Source: Carcharhinus longimanus (taxonomy: Eukaryota). From it: a DNA stretch of 62,645 nt. The notes beneath the pieces were generated by a model, which was given only the letters and a program-made list of their open reading frames with translations, had not been told where the DNA came from and did no database searches. Positions 62,512 through 62,645 of this stretch are shown one piece after another. The stretch is from the NCBI GenBank assembly GCA_030264375.1, contig JASCQW010000032.1, positions 26,311,958 to 26,374,602 on the forward strand, given 5' to 3'. The position numbers and the translations under genes are program-made. The stretch's first letter is position 1, and every line of letters starts with the position of its first letter.

Positions 62512-62645
62512 TGTTATGCCTGCCATACAGTCTGTTTTAACCCTTATATGGTGGACAGAGAATTGCGAGTAGATTTCTTGTTAGTACAACAATATTTATT
62601 TAAACACACAATCAATAATCACCCACCCAACCAACAATAAGTTAT
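62512..62645 (-). repeat. 5' LTR (R/U5 end) of element B, truncated by window end
   Basis: Ends CATAACA (minus), the inverse of TGTTATG at 53006; AATAAA on minus at 62595-62600; adjacent PBS. Confidence 0.75.

Noticed and set aside
44992-62645. DNAH7 truncation by the retroviral nest
   Set aside because: Exon 15 has a normal donor and no further dynein exon is visible; a long intron running past the window is the simpler explanation and cannot be tested here

Overview
Eukaryotic, vertebrate DNA, most likely from a cartilaginous fish (shark), judged from HE1/V-type SINEs, abundant CR1 LINEs and shark-type Harbinger elements. The assembly is a draft with many N gaps. The window holds 15 consecutive internal coding exons (4111-44991, + strand, 2515 nt, all GT-AG and phase-compatible) of an axonemal dynein heavy chain matching DNAH7. 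They cover the linker region, AAA1 (GPAGTGKT) and AAA2 (GEPFGGKT). The introns are packed with decayed transposable elements: tRNA-derived SINEs, CR1/Rex1/Tx1 LINE fragments, three decayed PIF/Harbinger elements (transposase, with a Myb/SANT partner seen in two), Harbinger MITEs, and palindromic Penelope-type repeats carrying hammerhead ribozyme cores. The last, open-ended intron (44992 to the window end) contains a nest of antisense retroviral sequences. (A) The 3' part of an ERV with integrase, a gamma-type env (RHRR furin site, ISD, CX6CC, TM), PPT and LTR. (B) A deep-branching retrovirus-like element with a tRNA-Arg PBS, coiled-coil Gag ending in PPPF-PTAP, an in-frame TGA-CGG gag-pol junction, YVDD RT, tether plus retroviral-type RNase H, integrase and an unidentified non-env 3' region. 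An inverted copy of its LTR lies nearby. All retroelement ORFs are disrupted. All family assignments come from motif recognition by eye, not database searches.
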